Part shown: in pieces, positions 39,167-47,146 of the stretch | Position numbering within the stretch: position 1 is the first letter of the stretch | Layout of the letters: each line of letters opens with the position of its first letter | UHGV virus genome: UHGV-1361989 | Strand: one strand, 5' to 3' | DNA length: 47,146 bases | Source: a virus | Program-made: the position numbers and the translations under genes | Notes under the pieces: model-generated | What the model saw: only the letters and a program-made list of their open reading frames with translations | Database searches by the model: none | What the model was told of the DNA's origin: nothing

Positions 39167-39423
39167 CTTTGCCGCCTAAATGAAATATTATCTCCACCTA
39201 TTGCAACATAACGGAATTTTCCGCAACCTTTTTTAACCCTGCACTTTCTGTATCGGTAGCGGCGCATTTCATGGTATGCCTTTTCTGTTAAAAGGAATGT
39301 GAATCCTTTATCAATGGCGCCAGCAACCTCAATAACAGCTTTAGACATTTGATCAATAATGTCTTTGGTGCTCATCGAAGACCAATCAACGCCATTACCG
39401 CTATTGATTAACCCTTTCATCAC
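39163..39423 (-). CDS. hypothetical protein
   Basis: 86-aa ORF, ATGA coupling to ParB-like gene. Confidence 0.45.
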   Translation of the reverse strand: MMKGLINSGNGVDWSSMSTKDIIDQMSKAVIEVAGAIDKGFTFLLTEKAYHEMRRYRYRKCRVKKGCGKFRYVAIGGDNISFRRQR

Positions 39424-40235
39424 AGCTTCTCCAGAATAGCCAGAACTTCACTTAACTCAGCGGAAGGAAGGCGCAAAAATTCTTCTGTCTCCTGTGCCAC
39501 ATGACCCTCAGCAACTACCATGTGATCTGCTTCTTTCAGCAACTGAATCAGGCGGTCAATCGGCTTAACTTTTTTGGCCTTGAGCGTTTTCGCCGTCACC
39601 TTATCTTTGCCCTGCGCTTTCGCTTCCTCAACGGCAGCATCAATAACGTTAACGGCATCATCGCCATGCTCGCGCGCCACTGCAACGGCGTTGGCATAGC
39701 TGATTTGGCCTGCATTGATGCGCTGCTTGATGGCATCAGGTACGTCACCAAGTGACAGGTGCATCTGAACATCAGAAACTGAGCGACCGACCTTCTTGGC
39801 GATTTCTTCATTCGTCCACCCGAATCCTTTCAGGCGCACATAAGCCTTTGCACGCTCAAGCGGGTCAAGCTGCTTGCCCTGACTGGAAGACACCATGAAG
39901 GCGATTTTATCCGCTTCATCGCCGGTGAAGTCTTTGCACTCAATGCGCGCAATTGGTATTCCGCGCTCAATGGCACGCAGTGCGCCAAGGTAACGATGCT
40001 GGCCGTCAAGAATCTTGATACGCTTTCCGTCGGCATCAGGAATAACAGTTAACGCAGGGATTGGCTGGCCTGATTCCCAGCACTGCGCGAAGTATTCAAC
40101 GTGCTGCTCATCGGCTTCGCGGATGTTGTACCCCGGCTCAAGATAAAGCTGATCGACAGGAACCTGATAACCTTTGTTGACCACGATTCCGCCGCGAGTT
40201 TCTTTGTCTGAGTAAATTTTTCCGAGAGATGTCAT
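39420..40235 (-). CDS. ParB-like nuclease domain protein
   Basis: ILDGQHRYLGA motif of ParB/Srx N-domain. Start placed at ATG 40235 behind SD tgaggaaaag. In-frame alternative 40271. Confidence 0.7.
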   Translation of the reverse strand: MTSLGKIYSDKETRGGIVVNKGYQVPVDQLYLEPGYNIREADEQHVEYFAQCWESGQPIPALTVIPDADGKRIKILDGQHRYLGALRAIERGIPIARIECKDFTGDEADKIAFMVSSSQGKQLDPLERAKAYVRLKGFGWTNEEIAKKVGRSVSDVQMHLSLGDVPDAIKQRINAGQISYANAVAVAREHGDDAVNVIDAAVEEAKAQGKDKVTAKTLKAKKVKPIDRLIQLLKEADHMVVAEGHVAQETEEFLRLPSAELSEVLAILEKL

Positions 40236-40242
40236 CTTTTCC

Positions 40243-40359
40243 TCACTTTGATAAACAGATTGCGCTGGCAATGGCGAATCCGATAACGATTAATGCCAGC
40301 TTGATTTTGAAATTGCGCCATGCTTTCAGGTCTTCTTTGCGGATTTCGTGGCGGATCAT
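40243..40359 (-). CDS. small TM protein (38 aa)
   Basis: RBS ggag. Hydrophobic LALIVIGFAIASAICL. Not in ORF track. Confidence 0.3.
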   Translation of the reverse strand: MIRHEIRKEDLKAWRNFKIKLALIVIGFAIASAICLSK

Positions 40360-40607
40360 TTTGATTCTCCGAGTGCTTTGGCGATTGCTGCTTTAGCTTT
40401 CGAGGTGTTAACGTAGACACATGCGCGAGCCTCCAAATCCAGCAGCGCTTCCAGCAATTCAGGCGCTGCGGCAATGAGCTGTGCATCATGGATGTTCTGA
40501 ATATCTTCTATCGTGTCGTATGGGCCCTCTGCTGGGATATCAACATCTATTGATGTAAGTCTATTGCGAAGTCTCCACGGCCCCGGCGTACCTTTGAACT
40601 CATTCAT
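40356..40607 (-). CDS. hypothetical early protein
   Basis: Leader agaggtgatgaagATG near-identical to rightward early gene 17667. In-frame upstream ATGs to 40625. Confidence 0.45.
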   Translation of the reverse strand: MNEFKGTPGPWRLRNRLTSIDVDIPAEGPYDTIEDIQNIHDAQLIAAAPELLEALLDLEARACVYVNTSKAKAAIAKALGESK

Positions 40608-40647
40608 CTTCATCACCTCTAACATTTATTGTTGTTTCTACGTCATC

Positions 40648-40676
40648 ACTATAACGACACCCTCAATCTACGTCAA
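40648..40676 (-). promoter_or_regulatory. leftward promoter TTGACG-17-TATAGT (conserved box TTGACGTAGATTGA)
   Basis: Reverse complement TTGACGtagattgagggtgtcgtTATAGT. Near-copy of promoter at 17607. Confidence 0.6.
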
Positions 40677-40837
40677 CACTTTATGATAAAATTAAACCAA
40701 CAACACTCACCCCGCGCTGTTCCGTCCTGAAAAACGTAAGGCGGCGAAATTGGATATAGCAATCGGCGTTATCGTCATAGCGTTTTCGCTGGTTCAGGTG
40801 TACAGATGCTGGAAGTTCATCATTCGGAGAATAATTA

Positions 40838-41125
40838 ATGAGAGACGCGCTTCAGCACGCCGCAAACCAGATAATTAGTGGCACTGTCGGCCAGGTAATC
40901 GACAAAGCCGGTTATACATCCATCGGCACGGGACTTGGCCTGAAGGTGGCAGAGCAGACGCCGGTCGCACAATCATACATTGCCTCAATGATCCCCCATT
41001 CGATTACCGAGTGGGCAGCGGTAGCCTCTATACTTGGCGCGCTGTCACTGGTGGCAAAAAACCTTTTTGAGATGTGGTGGAAGATTCGGGAGAGCAAAAA
41101 GAATGGCAGCACCGACAGCAAGTGA
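40838..41125 (+). CDS. small membrane protein
   Basis: Hydrophobic central helix. 95 aa. Confidence 0.4.
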   Translation: MRDALQHAANQIISGTVGQVIDKAGYTSIGTGLGLKVAEQTPVAQSYIASMIPHSITEWAAVASILGALSLVAKNLFEMWWKIRESKKNGSTDSK

Positions 41126-41495
41126 ACTTGTCGCCGCCATGGCGTCAAGAGGTGTAACTATCACCACGGCGGACGCAACGGGCATCCTGTGTCTGGTGGC
41201 GAGCATCACAGAGTGTCTTGAGCTTAATTACCCTGAAGACACATGCAGGCAGGATGCAATTCTGCTATGGGCATCTATCCTGATCGCCTCAAATACAGCC
41301 GGGAGATACATCACCAGCCACCGAGCTCCATCTGGCGCGTCGCAATCATTTGGCTATGGCAGCAAGCCGTGGATGTCCCTTTACAATCAGATGAAGCTAC
41401 TCGATACGGCAGACTGCACGGGCGACCTTGTAGAAGAGCCTGATGGAAGTGCAAAGCCGTGGTTTCGGGTTGTTACCGGGAGTAAGTGCAGATGA
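41103..41495 (+). CDS. head-tail connector / neck protein (putative)
   Basis: Position before tail genes. RBS gggagag. Start trimmed from 41034. Confidence 0.4.
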   Translation: MAAPTASELVAAMASRGVTITTADATGILCLVASITECLELNYPEDTCRQDAILLWASILIASNTAGRYITSHRAPSGASQSFGYGSKPWMSLYNQMKLLDTADCTGDLVEEPDGSAKPWFRVVTGSKCR

Positions 41496-41613
41496 AAACG
41501 TCAACATTAACTGTAAATATCGCAATCCGTAAATGGTGCATGCCGCTGCTGGTTATTCTGGTATTGCTGCGCCTTCCTGTTCCGCGCTGGATTTATACTA
41601 TTGAGGCCGCACC

Positions 41614-41958
41614 ATGTCAGCAATAGCGAGATGGAGCTATACGCAGCCATGCACAATCTGGCGGCTTACTGGCAAGGATAAGTATGGTAAGCCGACGTTT
41701 GCCGCGCCAGAGTCCATCATGTGTGATTATGGCTTTGATAAGAATCTGACCACCGGCACGGCTGGCAATGAGATTGCACAGAAAAACACATTCTGGACGG
41801 AATATCAGGATGCATCTGTTGGCGACTTCATCATGCTTGGCACCATTACCAGTGCTGACCCTTTGGCTGCCGGAGCTGACCAGATTAGAAACGTCGTAAA
41901 TTACGGCAATACGCTAGACCGCAACGACCTGCCTGATTTTGCGCTGGTAACGGGGTAA
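41614..41958 (+). CDS. head closure / head-tail adaptor (putative)
   Basis: 114 aa, synteny. Confidence 0.4.
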   Translation: MSAIARWSYTQPCTIWRLTGKDKYGKPTFAAPESIMCDYGFDKNLTTGTAGNEIAQKNTFWTEYQDASVGDFIMLGTITSADPLAAGADQIRNVVNYGNTLDRNDLPDFALVTG

Positions 41959-41961
41959 TGT

Positions 41962-42378
41962 ATGGCCGCCAAAATGCGAGGTATCCAGCAGGCTATTAAG
42001 CGCACTCAGCAGATAGTCGGCGAGATTACTGGTGAAAAGGCTGTGCGGGCCATAAAGAGCGCCAACTTTATTATCCGTACTGAATCGGCTTCTATGACAC
42101 CAATAGCCACATCAACACTGATAAATAGCCAGTATGACACCGTTGAGGTTAAAGGCACTCGCATAACCGGCAAGATTGGGTATGCTGCCAATTACGCACT
42201 GTATGTCCATAATGCACCTGGCACATTGCTGGGTACAAACACGCCACGCACAGGACGGCTCAAAGGGAAGGGAAATGTATGGGATAAGAGCGGCGAGCCT
42301 AAATTCCTTCTCAAGGCTGGCGAAAACACACGCGAGCTTGTCGATCAGGTAATTAAAAAAGAGATGACGCTAAAATGA
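41962..42378 (+). CDS. neck/tail completion protein (HK97 gp10-like position)
   Basis: 138 aa, synteny. Confidence 0.4.
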   Translation: MAAKMRGIQQAIKRTQQIVGEITGEKAVRAIKSANFIIRTESASMTPIATSTLINSQYDTVEVKGTRITGKIGYAANYALYVHNAPGTLLGTNTPRTGRLKGKGNVWDKSGEPKFLLKAGENTRELVDQVIKKEMTLK

Positions 42379-42758
42379 GAGATATGCTTGAGCTTGTTGA
42401 CCAGTACCTTAGCGACGCCCATCTTTATGACGGGTGGACTAATCAGCTTGAGTTCTGGAACGATAGCGAAGTTGGCACCGAGCGCTTTATGGTGCTGCAA
42501 TCCAATGGCGGCACGAGCGTAAGCAAAGGACTCGGCGGAGATTACTATTTCTCGCTCTATGTTGTCGGCCAGCAGGGTCAGTACAATATCAAGGAGACAA
42601 AAGCAAAAGCGCTTGATGTCATCTCATATATCAAAGAGCATCCCGTTGATAGTTGTATTGGCATGATTCAGTTGCAGGCGCCGCTTGGTCGCCCTACGCT
42701 TACGACAGAGCAGAGGCCGGTTTATGAATTGTTGCTGAGGGTTGTTTTTGGTGAGTAA
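42375..42758 (+). CDS. tail terminator-like protein
   Basis: 127 aa, ATGA coupling. Immediately before tRNAs and major tail. Confidence 0.4.
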   Translation: MRDMLELVDQYLSDAHLYDGWTNQLEFWNDSEVGTERFMVLQSNGGTSVSKGLGGDYYFSLYVVGQQGQYNIKETKAKALDVISYIKEHPVDSCIGMIQLQAPLGRPTLTTEQRPVYELLLRVVFGE

Positions 42759-42836
42759 TGGTTACCGCGACAGGATTCGAACCTGTAATCATCCGATTAT
42801 GAGTCGGGTGCTTTAACCAGTTAAGCTAAACGTGAG
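42759..42836 (-). tRNA. tRNA-like gene, anticodon CAU (Met/Ile2-type) with imperfect acceptor stem, possible pseudogene
   Basis: Reverse complement has D-arm GCTT/AAGC, anticodon loop CTCATAA, T-arm ACAGG TTCGAAT CCTGT and 3' CGCGGTA-A-CCA. The 5' strand TCACGTT pairs at only 4 of 7 positions. Confidence 0.4.
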
Positions 42837-42838
42837 TT

Positions 42839-42916
42839 TGGTGCACCATACTGGATTCGAACCAGTGACCTACGGATTAGAAGTCCGTTGCTACTATCCT
42901 GCTGAGCTAATGGTGC
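42839..42916 (-). tRNA. tRNA-Arg (anticodon UCU)
   Basis: Reverse complement GCACCAT...ATGGTGC-A-CCA acceptor, anticodon stem ACGGA/TCCGT, loop CTTCTAA, T-arm ACTGG TTCGAAT CCAGT. Confidence 0.8.
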
Positions 42917-42933
42917 GTTGCGTTGTTGATTCG

Positions 42934-42962
42934 AATCTACACCACCAATAAAAACCTGTCAA
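42934..42962 (-). promoter_or_regulatory. tRNA promoter TTGACA-17-TAGATT
   Basis: Reverse complement TTGACAggtttttattggtggtgTAGATT directly upstream of tRNA-Arg. Confidence 0.5.
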
Positions 42963-42964
42963 CA

Positions 42965-42973
42965 TGATATAAT
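42965..42973 (+). promoter_or_regulatory. extended -10 promoter TGaTATAAT upstream of major tail gene
   Basis: Read directly. RBS agagga before ATG 43008. Confidence 0.5.
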
Positions 42974-43007
42974 GCGATTGTTTAGCTAAACACAGAGGAT
43001 TCTAAAC

Positions 43008-43763
43008 ATGGCTATTTGTACAAATGATAACGGCATCATCACAGGTCGCCAGTCTCTCATTGAGCTGGCTGATGGCTGCTGGGATGCTGTGCCAGCAGAG
43101 GAAGACTGGAAGTTTTTTGCTCCCATGACCTCAAAAGGCGTCGACTTCAGTCCAAGCACCACCACTTCAGAGGCTGATGATGGCGATGGCTTTGTTGCGA
43201 CGCTGGTCACTACCGCAGACCTCACCATTTCTGGTGATTTCGAAGTTCGCAAGGCTGACAAGGCTGATGAGTATGGCGTGCATAACCTCATCAAATACTT
43301 TGTCACCGAAGTAAAAGCGCGTCGACAGCCGTCGCTGTGGGTTCGTCAAACGACTGGTAACACCGTCGTGGTAGCTTACTGCAACATCACCGCGCTGAGC
43401 TACGATGGCGGCACCAACGACATTATCACCGGCTCAGTTGAATTCAAGCCGTATGATGGCTCTACCGTTGACGTGTCCAGCATCGAAGACCTGACGCTGA
43501 CTACTGATATCAACCCAACCCTGAGCGTTGCTTCCGGCTCCGCTCTGACGCTCGGCCCGGTAGTTGCGGCTGGTGGTGTCGAGCCTTACACCTATCAGTG
43601 GTATAAAGGCACCACCCCAATCAGCGGCGCGGCATCCGCCACCTACACCAAGCCTACGGCGGTAGCGGGCGACGCTGGCACGTACTTCTGCCGCGTGACG
43701 GACTCGGCAACCAGTCCTGATTACGTTGAATCCACCAGGTGCGTTGTTACCGTTACGTCATAA
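43008..43763 (+). CDS. major tail protein with C-terminal Ig-like domain
   Basis: 251 aa. C-terminus YTYQWYKG...TYTKP...AGTYFCRVTD is an Ig (Big_2/I-set-like) signature. Strong terminator follows. Confidence 0.7.
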   Translation: MAICTNDNGIITGRQSLIELADGCWDAVPAEEDWKFFAPMTSKGVDFSPSTTTSEADDGDGFVATLVTTADLTISGDFEVRKADKADEYGVHNLIKYFVTEVKARRQPSLWVRQTTGNTVVVAYCNITALSYDGGTNDIITGSVEFKPYDGSTVDVSSIEDLTLTTDINPTLSVASGSALTLGPVVAAGGVEPYTYQWYKGTTPISGAASATYTKPTAVAGDAGTYFCRVTDSATSPDYVESTRCVVTVTS

Positions 43764-43764
43764 A

Positions 43765-43794
43765 GAAAACCCCCGAAAGGGGGTTTATTTTTTC
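43765..43794. terminator. bidirectional rho-independent terminator
   Basis: AAACCCCC gaaa GGGGGTTT + ATTTTTT. Confidence 0.65.
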
Positions 43795-43969
43795 AGCAAT
43801 GAAGATGCGCGGATTCTCCACAGCGTCAAGTTGGCGAGAGATACCGATAAATTCATATGCCGCAATCTAAGTTTTTCAATATCAATAATGACAGGTTCTT
43901 TGTATTGCTGATTGCTTCTCATATACCTCAAAATAGTATCAGCATCATTATCATCAAGATTCATCATCA

Positions 43970-44230
43970 CTATTCCTCACTAATCGCAGCATCAAGCTGG
44001 CGTCGCAACATGCACAGCGCACCGCGTGGCATTGCCTGGCGACTCACGCCGTCGAAAATCTTCCGGTTGAGGTGATTGGTCACTCGCGGCCTGATAGCCT
44101 GCCAGCACGCCTTAATGCTGCCATTTACCGGGCGGCGCTCGAGCATGGCGAACTTTGCAGATAGTTCCAGCGTCACCAGTGCATCAAGGTATTGCTCGCA
44201 GGCATAGCGATTTTCGTTATCCATCATCAT
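43970..44230 (-). CDS. hypothetical protein
   Basis: 86-aa ORF coupled to HNH gene. Confidence 0.4.
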   Translation of the reverse strand: MMMDNENRYACEQYLDALVTLELSAKFAMLERRPVNGSIKACWQAIRPRVTNHLNRKIFDGVSRQAMPRGALCMLRRQLDAAISEE

Positions 44231-44712
44231 TTACCATGGTTCTCATGAAAATCATACTTAACCTCCGCCTTTCTCCTTGCTTCAGCGGCCATATTTAAGT
44301 CAGAAAACAATCCAAGATGAATCTTTACGCCATCAACTTTTATGTTTGAGGCCCATTTTTTATGTTGTTTATCCCATGAAACACCAGTAACACCTGATTT
44401 GTTTGTCACCCTGAACTTCATGTTGTGATTATTCTCTTTTGGAGTGACAAGCCTGAGGTTATCTATCTTATTGTTTGTTTTATTGTGGTCTATATGATCA
44501 ATCTGCATTCCGTCAGGAATTTTCCCATTATGCATTTCCCAGATGATGCGATGAACAAGATACTTGACGCCATAGATTCCAACAATCTTATATCCATTGC
44601 CTCCTACCGCCTTCACCTCGCTTCCGATTTTCACTCTGTTTGAGGTTCTTATCTTCCAGTAAATAGCCCCATCACAATAATAAAAAATATCTGACCAATC
44701 AGTTATTTTCAT
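44227..44712 (-). CDS. HNH homing endonuclease with AP2 domain
   Basis: IDHIDHNKTNNKIDNLRL + SGVTGVSWDKQHKKWASNI + NHGK. Confidence 0.8.
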   Translation of the reverse strand: MKITDWSDIFYYCDGAIYWKIRTSNRVKIGSEVKAVGGNGYKIVGIYGVKYLVHRIIWEMHNGKIPDGMQIDHIDHNKTNNKIDNLRLVTPKENNHNMKFRVTNKSGVTGVSWDKQHKKWASNIKVDGVKIHLGLFSDLNMAAEARRKAEVKYDFHENHGK

Positions 44713-44824
44713 CGAATGTCACCCCTACCATTGCAAGTAATTTTTTCGCCATCAACTCGGCCTCATCATAGGTAAACCCGCAATCAACGTACAGGTCGAT
44801 GTAAAATCTCAAATCAGCATCAGT
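44710..44824 (-). CDS. small ORF (about 38 aa)
   Basis: Stop overlaps HNH ATG. RBS gaggg. Not in ORF track. Confidence 0.3.
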
Positions 44825-44893
44825 CTCGTTCATATGTCAAACCCTCAATCACCTTATGCTTTCAATCTACGTCAGTTTTGCTCCCCCTGTCAA

Positions 44894-44902
44894 TGGTATA
44901 AT
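44894..44902 (+). promoter_or_regulatory. extended -10 promoter TGgTATAAT upstream of tail chaperone gene
   Basis: Read directly. Confidence 0.4.
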
Positions 44903-44930
44903 TACGTCATTGTGAAAACAGGATTTAGAC

Positions 44931-45638
44931 ATGAGACAACGCACACCGCTAACAGAAATCGGAGAGATGCGCATCTCCCTGGCTGACAAGTCTTTTTTCT
45001 TCAAACCATCATTTGCGGCGATGAATGGACTTGGCTCACCGAAAGAAATTGTCGAGCTGTACGCTACGCTTAATGGATATGAATACGCAGCCATACTCGG
45101 CGCCATTCAGTCAATGCCGTATGGCGCGCAGATTCAGGTGGCAAAAATCCTGTCACGTCCTGCCTATGGTAAGAAAGTGCTCAGCGCCGCCTGCCTCATC
45201 ATGCAGTCCTGTTGTGATGATGATATCTCGGTGCTCATTGGGTCATGGAAGCCGACTCCGCGCGGTGTGAAGTACGTCACCGGAAGAATGCCAGTAAATG
45301 ACATTATTATTATTGCTCGCAACCTGATGGAGCATGGCATCATCGGCAAGTCTCCACTCAAGGTTCCTCAGCGCTCGGAAAACCAAAAGCGCACAACAAG
45401 TGAGTTGAGAATGTCGGATTACATCATCTCAGCTCGCACCCATTTCGGAATCACCCGCGAGGAAGCCGAAGACCTGACCATGACCGAGTATCAGCAGATG
45501 ATAAAATCAAAATACCCGGAACCGGAAGGCATGACGCGCGAGCAGTATGATGCGTCCTATGAGCGGGCTAAGCTGAATAAACAGAAACTGAAAGAGAAAG
45601 CCGCCAGAAAGGCCGCTAAAAGCAAAGGAGCAAAATAA
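44931..45638 (+). CDS. tail assembly chaperone (position of lambda G/GT)
   Basis: Between major tail and tape measure. ATGG overlap with TMP start. Lys-rich C-terminus. Confidence 0.45.
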   Translation: MRQRTPLTEIGEMRISLADKSFFFKPSFAAMNGLGSPKEIVELYATLNGYEYAAILGAIQSMPYGAQIQVAKILSRPAYGKKVLSAACLIMQSCCDDDISVLIGSWKPTPRGVKYVTGRMPVNDIIIIARNLMEHGIIGKSPLKVPQRSENQKRTTSELRMSDYIISARTHFGITREEAEDLTMTEYQQMIKSKYPEPEGMTREQYDASYERAKLNKQKLKEKAARKAAKSKGAK

Positions 45639-47146
45639 TGGCAGAAACAGTTGGCGGCATTATCTATGAGGTTGGCATTGACACATCCCAGCTAGTGGCT
45701 GGCAGTCGTGAATTGCAGTCAATGCTAAATGGCCTTAGCGGGAACATGGGGAGACTTGAGGCCAGCGTAAACAGGACGGAGCGCTCCATAAGCTCAATGG
45801 AAGGAACCATGTCGAGCCTCACCGGGGTTGCAAAAGGCTTGCTTGCCGCGCTCTCTGTGCAACAGGTCGGAGCCTACGCTCAGGCGTGGCAGGATATGAG
45901 TAACAAACTCTCTAACGCTGTGAGAGATTCAGTTCCGCCGTTCGAAACCCTTGCCGATGTAACTAATCGTGTTTTTGATATCGCGCAAAAAACACGCTCA
46001 GGACTGGACGCAACGGCCACCCTGTACGCCAGACTTGAGAGGTCTACCAGAAGCTATGGTGTAAGCGTGGAAGACCTGACAAGGCTGACAACAATAATCA
46101 ATCAGGGTTTTGTTGTATCCGGCGCGTCAGCTGAGGAGGCGAGCAACGCAATTATACAGCTTGCACAAGGCATGGCATCTGGCGCCCTTCGAGGAGATGA
46201 GTTTAACTCAGTAAACGAGCAGGGAAACCGGCTCATGATAGCTCTTGCCGACTCTCTGGGTGTTGGCATCGGTGAGCTTAGAAATATGGCTGCGCAAGGG
46301 AAACTGACAACTGATGTTATAGTTAATGGCCTTCTGTCGCAGGGAGACAGTATTGGGAGAGAGTTCGCCAAAACAACTTCTACCATCAGCCAGTCTCTGG
46401 AGATAGCCGGAAATAACGTTGCAAGATTCTTTGGGGAAAACGCAACGGTAAAAACAGGTGTAAAAATCTTTAGCGATTCAGTGATACTGGCAAGTGAAAA
46501 TATTCAGGCGCTTGGCACAGCGCTGACTGTTGTTGCTGGAATAATGGGGAGTCGATATGTAGGCGCGCTGGCAATGTCCACTGCCGCGAAAATATCAGAT
46601 ATAGCAGCATCAAGACAGCAATTAATAGCTGAGAACCAGCAGGCACAATCAGCACTTGTGGCTGCAAATTCCGCGCAGAGGAAGGCTTTAGCTGATAAAG
46701 AGGCGGCGCTATCATCTCTGGCGCTTGCTCAGGCTGAATATAACGTAGCAAAAGGCAGTGCAGCCGAGATGCTGGCGCTTGATGCTCTGGTTGCAGCAAA
46801 ATCAAGAGCTAGTGCCGCGTCACTATCCCTTGCTCAGGCTGAAAACGCACAGGCTACGGCATCAGCGAGAGCAGCATCCGCGGCAAGCGCTGCATCGGTA
46901 GGAATTGGCCTTGCCAGAGGTGCTCTTTCATTGATAGGCGGGCCAGCAGGCGCGGCGATGTTAGCAGCGGGGGCAATATTTTACTTTTGGCAGAAAGCAC
47001 AGCAAGCCAGAGAAGAAGCAATCCGCTTTGCCGATAGTCTGGACAAAGTAAACGCCTCAATGAAGGCGATGAATAATACCCAACTCAGGGGGGTGATAGC
47101 TGACGCCAATATTTCAATTTCGGCGCAAAAGGATGCTGTGAGAAAT
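45638..47146 (+). CDS. tail tape measure protein, N-terminal part (runs off 3' end of window; in frame with position 1)
   Basis: 503 complete codons without stop to last base. Ala-rich coiled coils and hydrophobic GIMGSRYVGALAM segment typical of TMP. Confidence 0.8.
   Translation, partial: MAETVGGIIYEVGIDTSQLVAGSRELQSMLNGLSGNMGRLEASVNRTERSISSMEGTMSSLTGVAKGLLAALSVQQVGAYAQAWQDMSNKLSNAVRDSVPPFETLADVTNRVFDIAQKTRSGLDATATLYARLERSTRSYGVSVEDLTRLTTIINQGFVVSGASAEEASNAIIQLAQGMASGALRGDEFNSVNEQGNRLMIALADSLGVGIGELRNMAAQGKLTTDVIVNGLLSQGDSIGREFAKTTSTISQSLEIAGNNVARFFGENATVKTGVKIFSDSVILASENIQALGTALTVVAGIMGSRYVGALAMSTAAKISDIAASRQQLIAENQQAQSALVAANSAQRKALADKEAALSSLALAQAEYNVAKGSAAEMLALDALVAAKSRASAASLSLAQAENAQATASARAASAASAASVGIGLARGALSLIGGPAGAAMLAAGAIFYFWQKAQQAREEAIRFADSLDKVNASMKAMNNTQLRGVIADANISISAQKDAVRN

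Noticed and set aside
40232-40489. ORF-track minus ORF 40232..40489 (85 aa)
   Set aside because: Spans the junction of two better-supported genes in other frames (38-aa TM peptide and 83-aa early protein) and has Pro/Arg/Gln-rich junk-like composition.
44931-45638. Looked for lambda-style G/GT programmed -1 frameshift in the tail chaperone gene
   Set aside because: A single 235-aa ORF reaches the tape measure start. No slippery heptamer or suitably placed overlapping frame seen. Cannot exclude, but no sequence support.
1-47146. Integrase, CI-like repressor, attP, CRISPR array, reverse transcriptase or DGR
   Set aside because: No tyrosine/serine recombinase-like ORF, no spaced direct-repeat array and no RT motif (YxDD) found in any frame. 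The tRNA genes look like phage-encoded tRNAs under their own promoter rather than an att site.

Overview
The window reads as one complete, circularly permuted genome of a tailed dsDNA phage (siphovirus-type, lambdoid/T1-like architecture). The record is opened inside the tail tape-measure gene: its N-terminal 503 codons run off the 3' end of the window at 47146, and position 1 continues in the same frame to the stop at 1785.

Gene order:
- Tail and fibre module (1-8038, + strand): tape measure C-terminus, two minor tail proteins, an NlpC/P60 K-like protein, a J-like distal tail protein and an AT-rich beta-helix tail fibre or spike.
- Leftward replication and recombination operon (17165 down to 8098, - strand): a DUF3987-like P-loop protein, an HNH endonuclease, an SF2 helicase, a VRR-NUC nuclease, an HNH-AP2 endonuclease, a PD-(D/E)XK exonuclease, an AAA ATPase and SSB. 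A Prim_Zn-type primase gene sits on the opposite strand inside this operon.
- Non-coding hub (17166-17666): an AT-rich region with divergent early promoters and repeats.
- Rightward early genes (17667-20262): a run of small ORFs.
- Packaging and head genes: TerS, an HNH-AP2 endonuclease, TerL, portal and a Mu-F-like head morphogenesis protein.
- Accessory operon (29152 down to 27600, - strand): convergent with the head genes.
- Lysis cassette: GH24 endolysin, a holin-like protein and an embedded Rz/Rz1 spanin pair.
- Further small early-type operons, including a Lar-like zinc-ribbon protein, a winged-HTH protein and a ParB-like nuclease operon.
- Late structural genes: scaffold/protease, decoration-like protein, major capsid, neck proteins, two minus-strand tRNA genes, an Ig-domain major tail protein, a tail chaperone and the tape measure N-terminus.

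No integrase, repressor, CRISPR array or reverse transcriptase is recognisable, so the phage is probably virulent.

Most notable observations:
- A conserved promoter box TTGACGTAGATTGA is reused at seven junctions, and a ~60-bp promoter, leader and RBS module is duplicated in inverted orientation.
- A second promoter class (extended -10, TGnTATAAT) sits in front of late genes.
- There are five paralogous HNH-AP2 homing endonucleases plus one zinc-finger HNH.
- One tRNA (anticodon CAU) has a disrupted acceptor stem.
- Several unannotatable accessory operons run opposite to their neighbouring modules.
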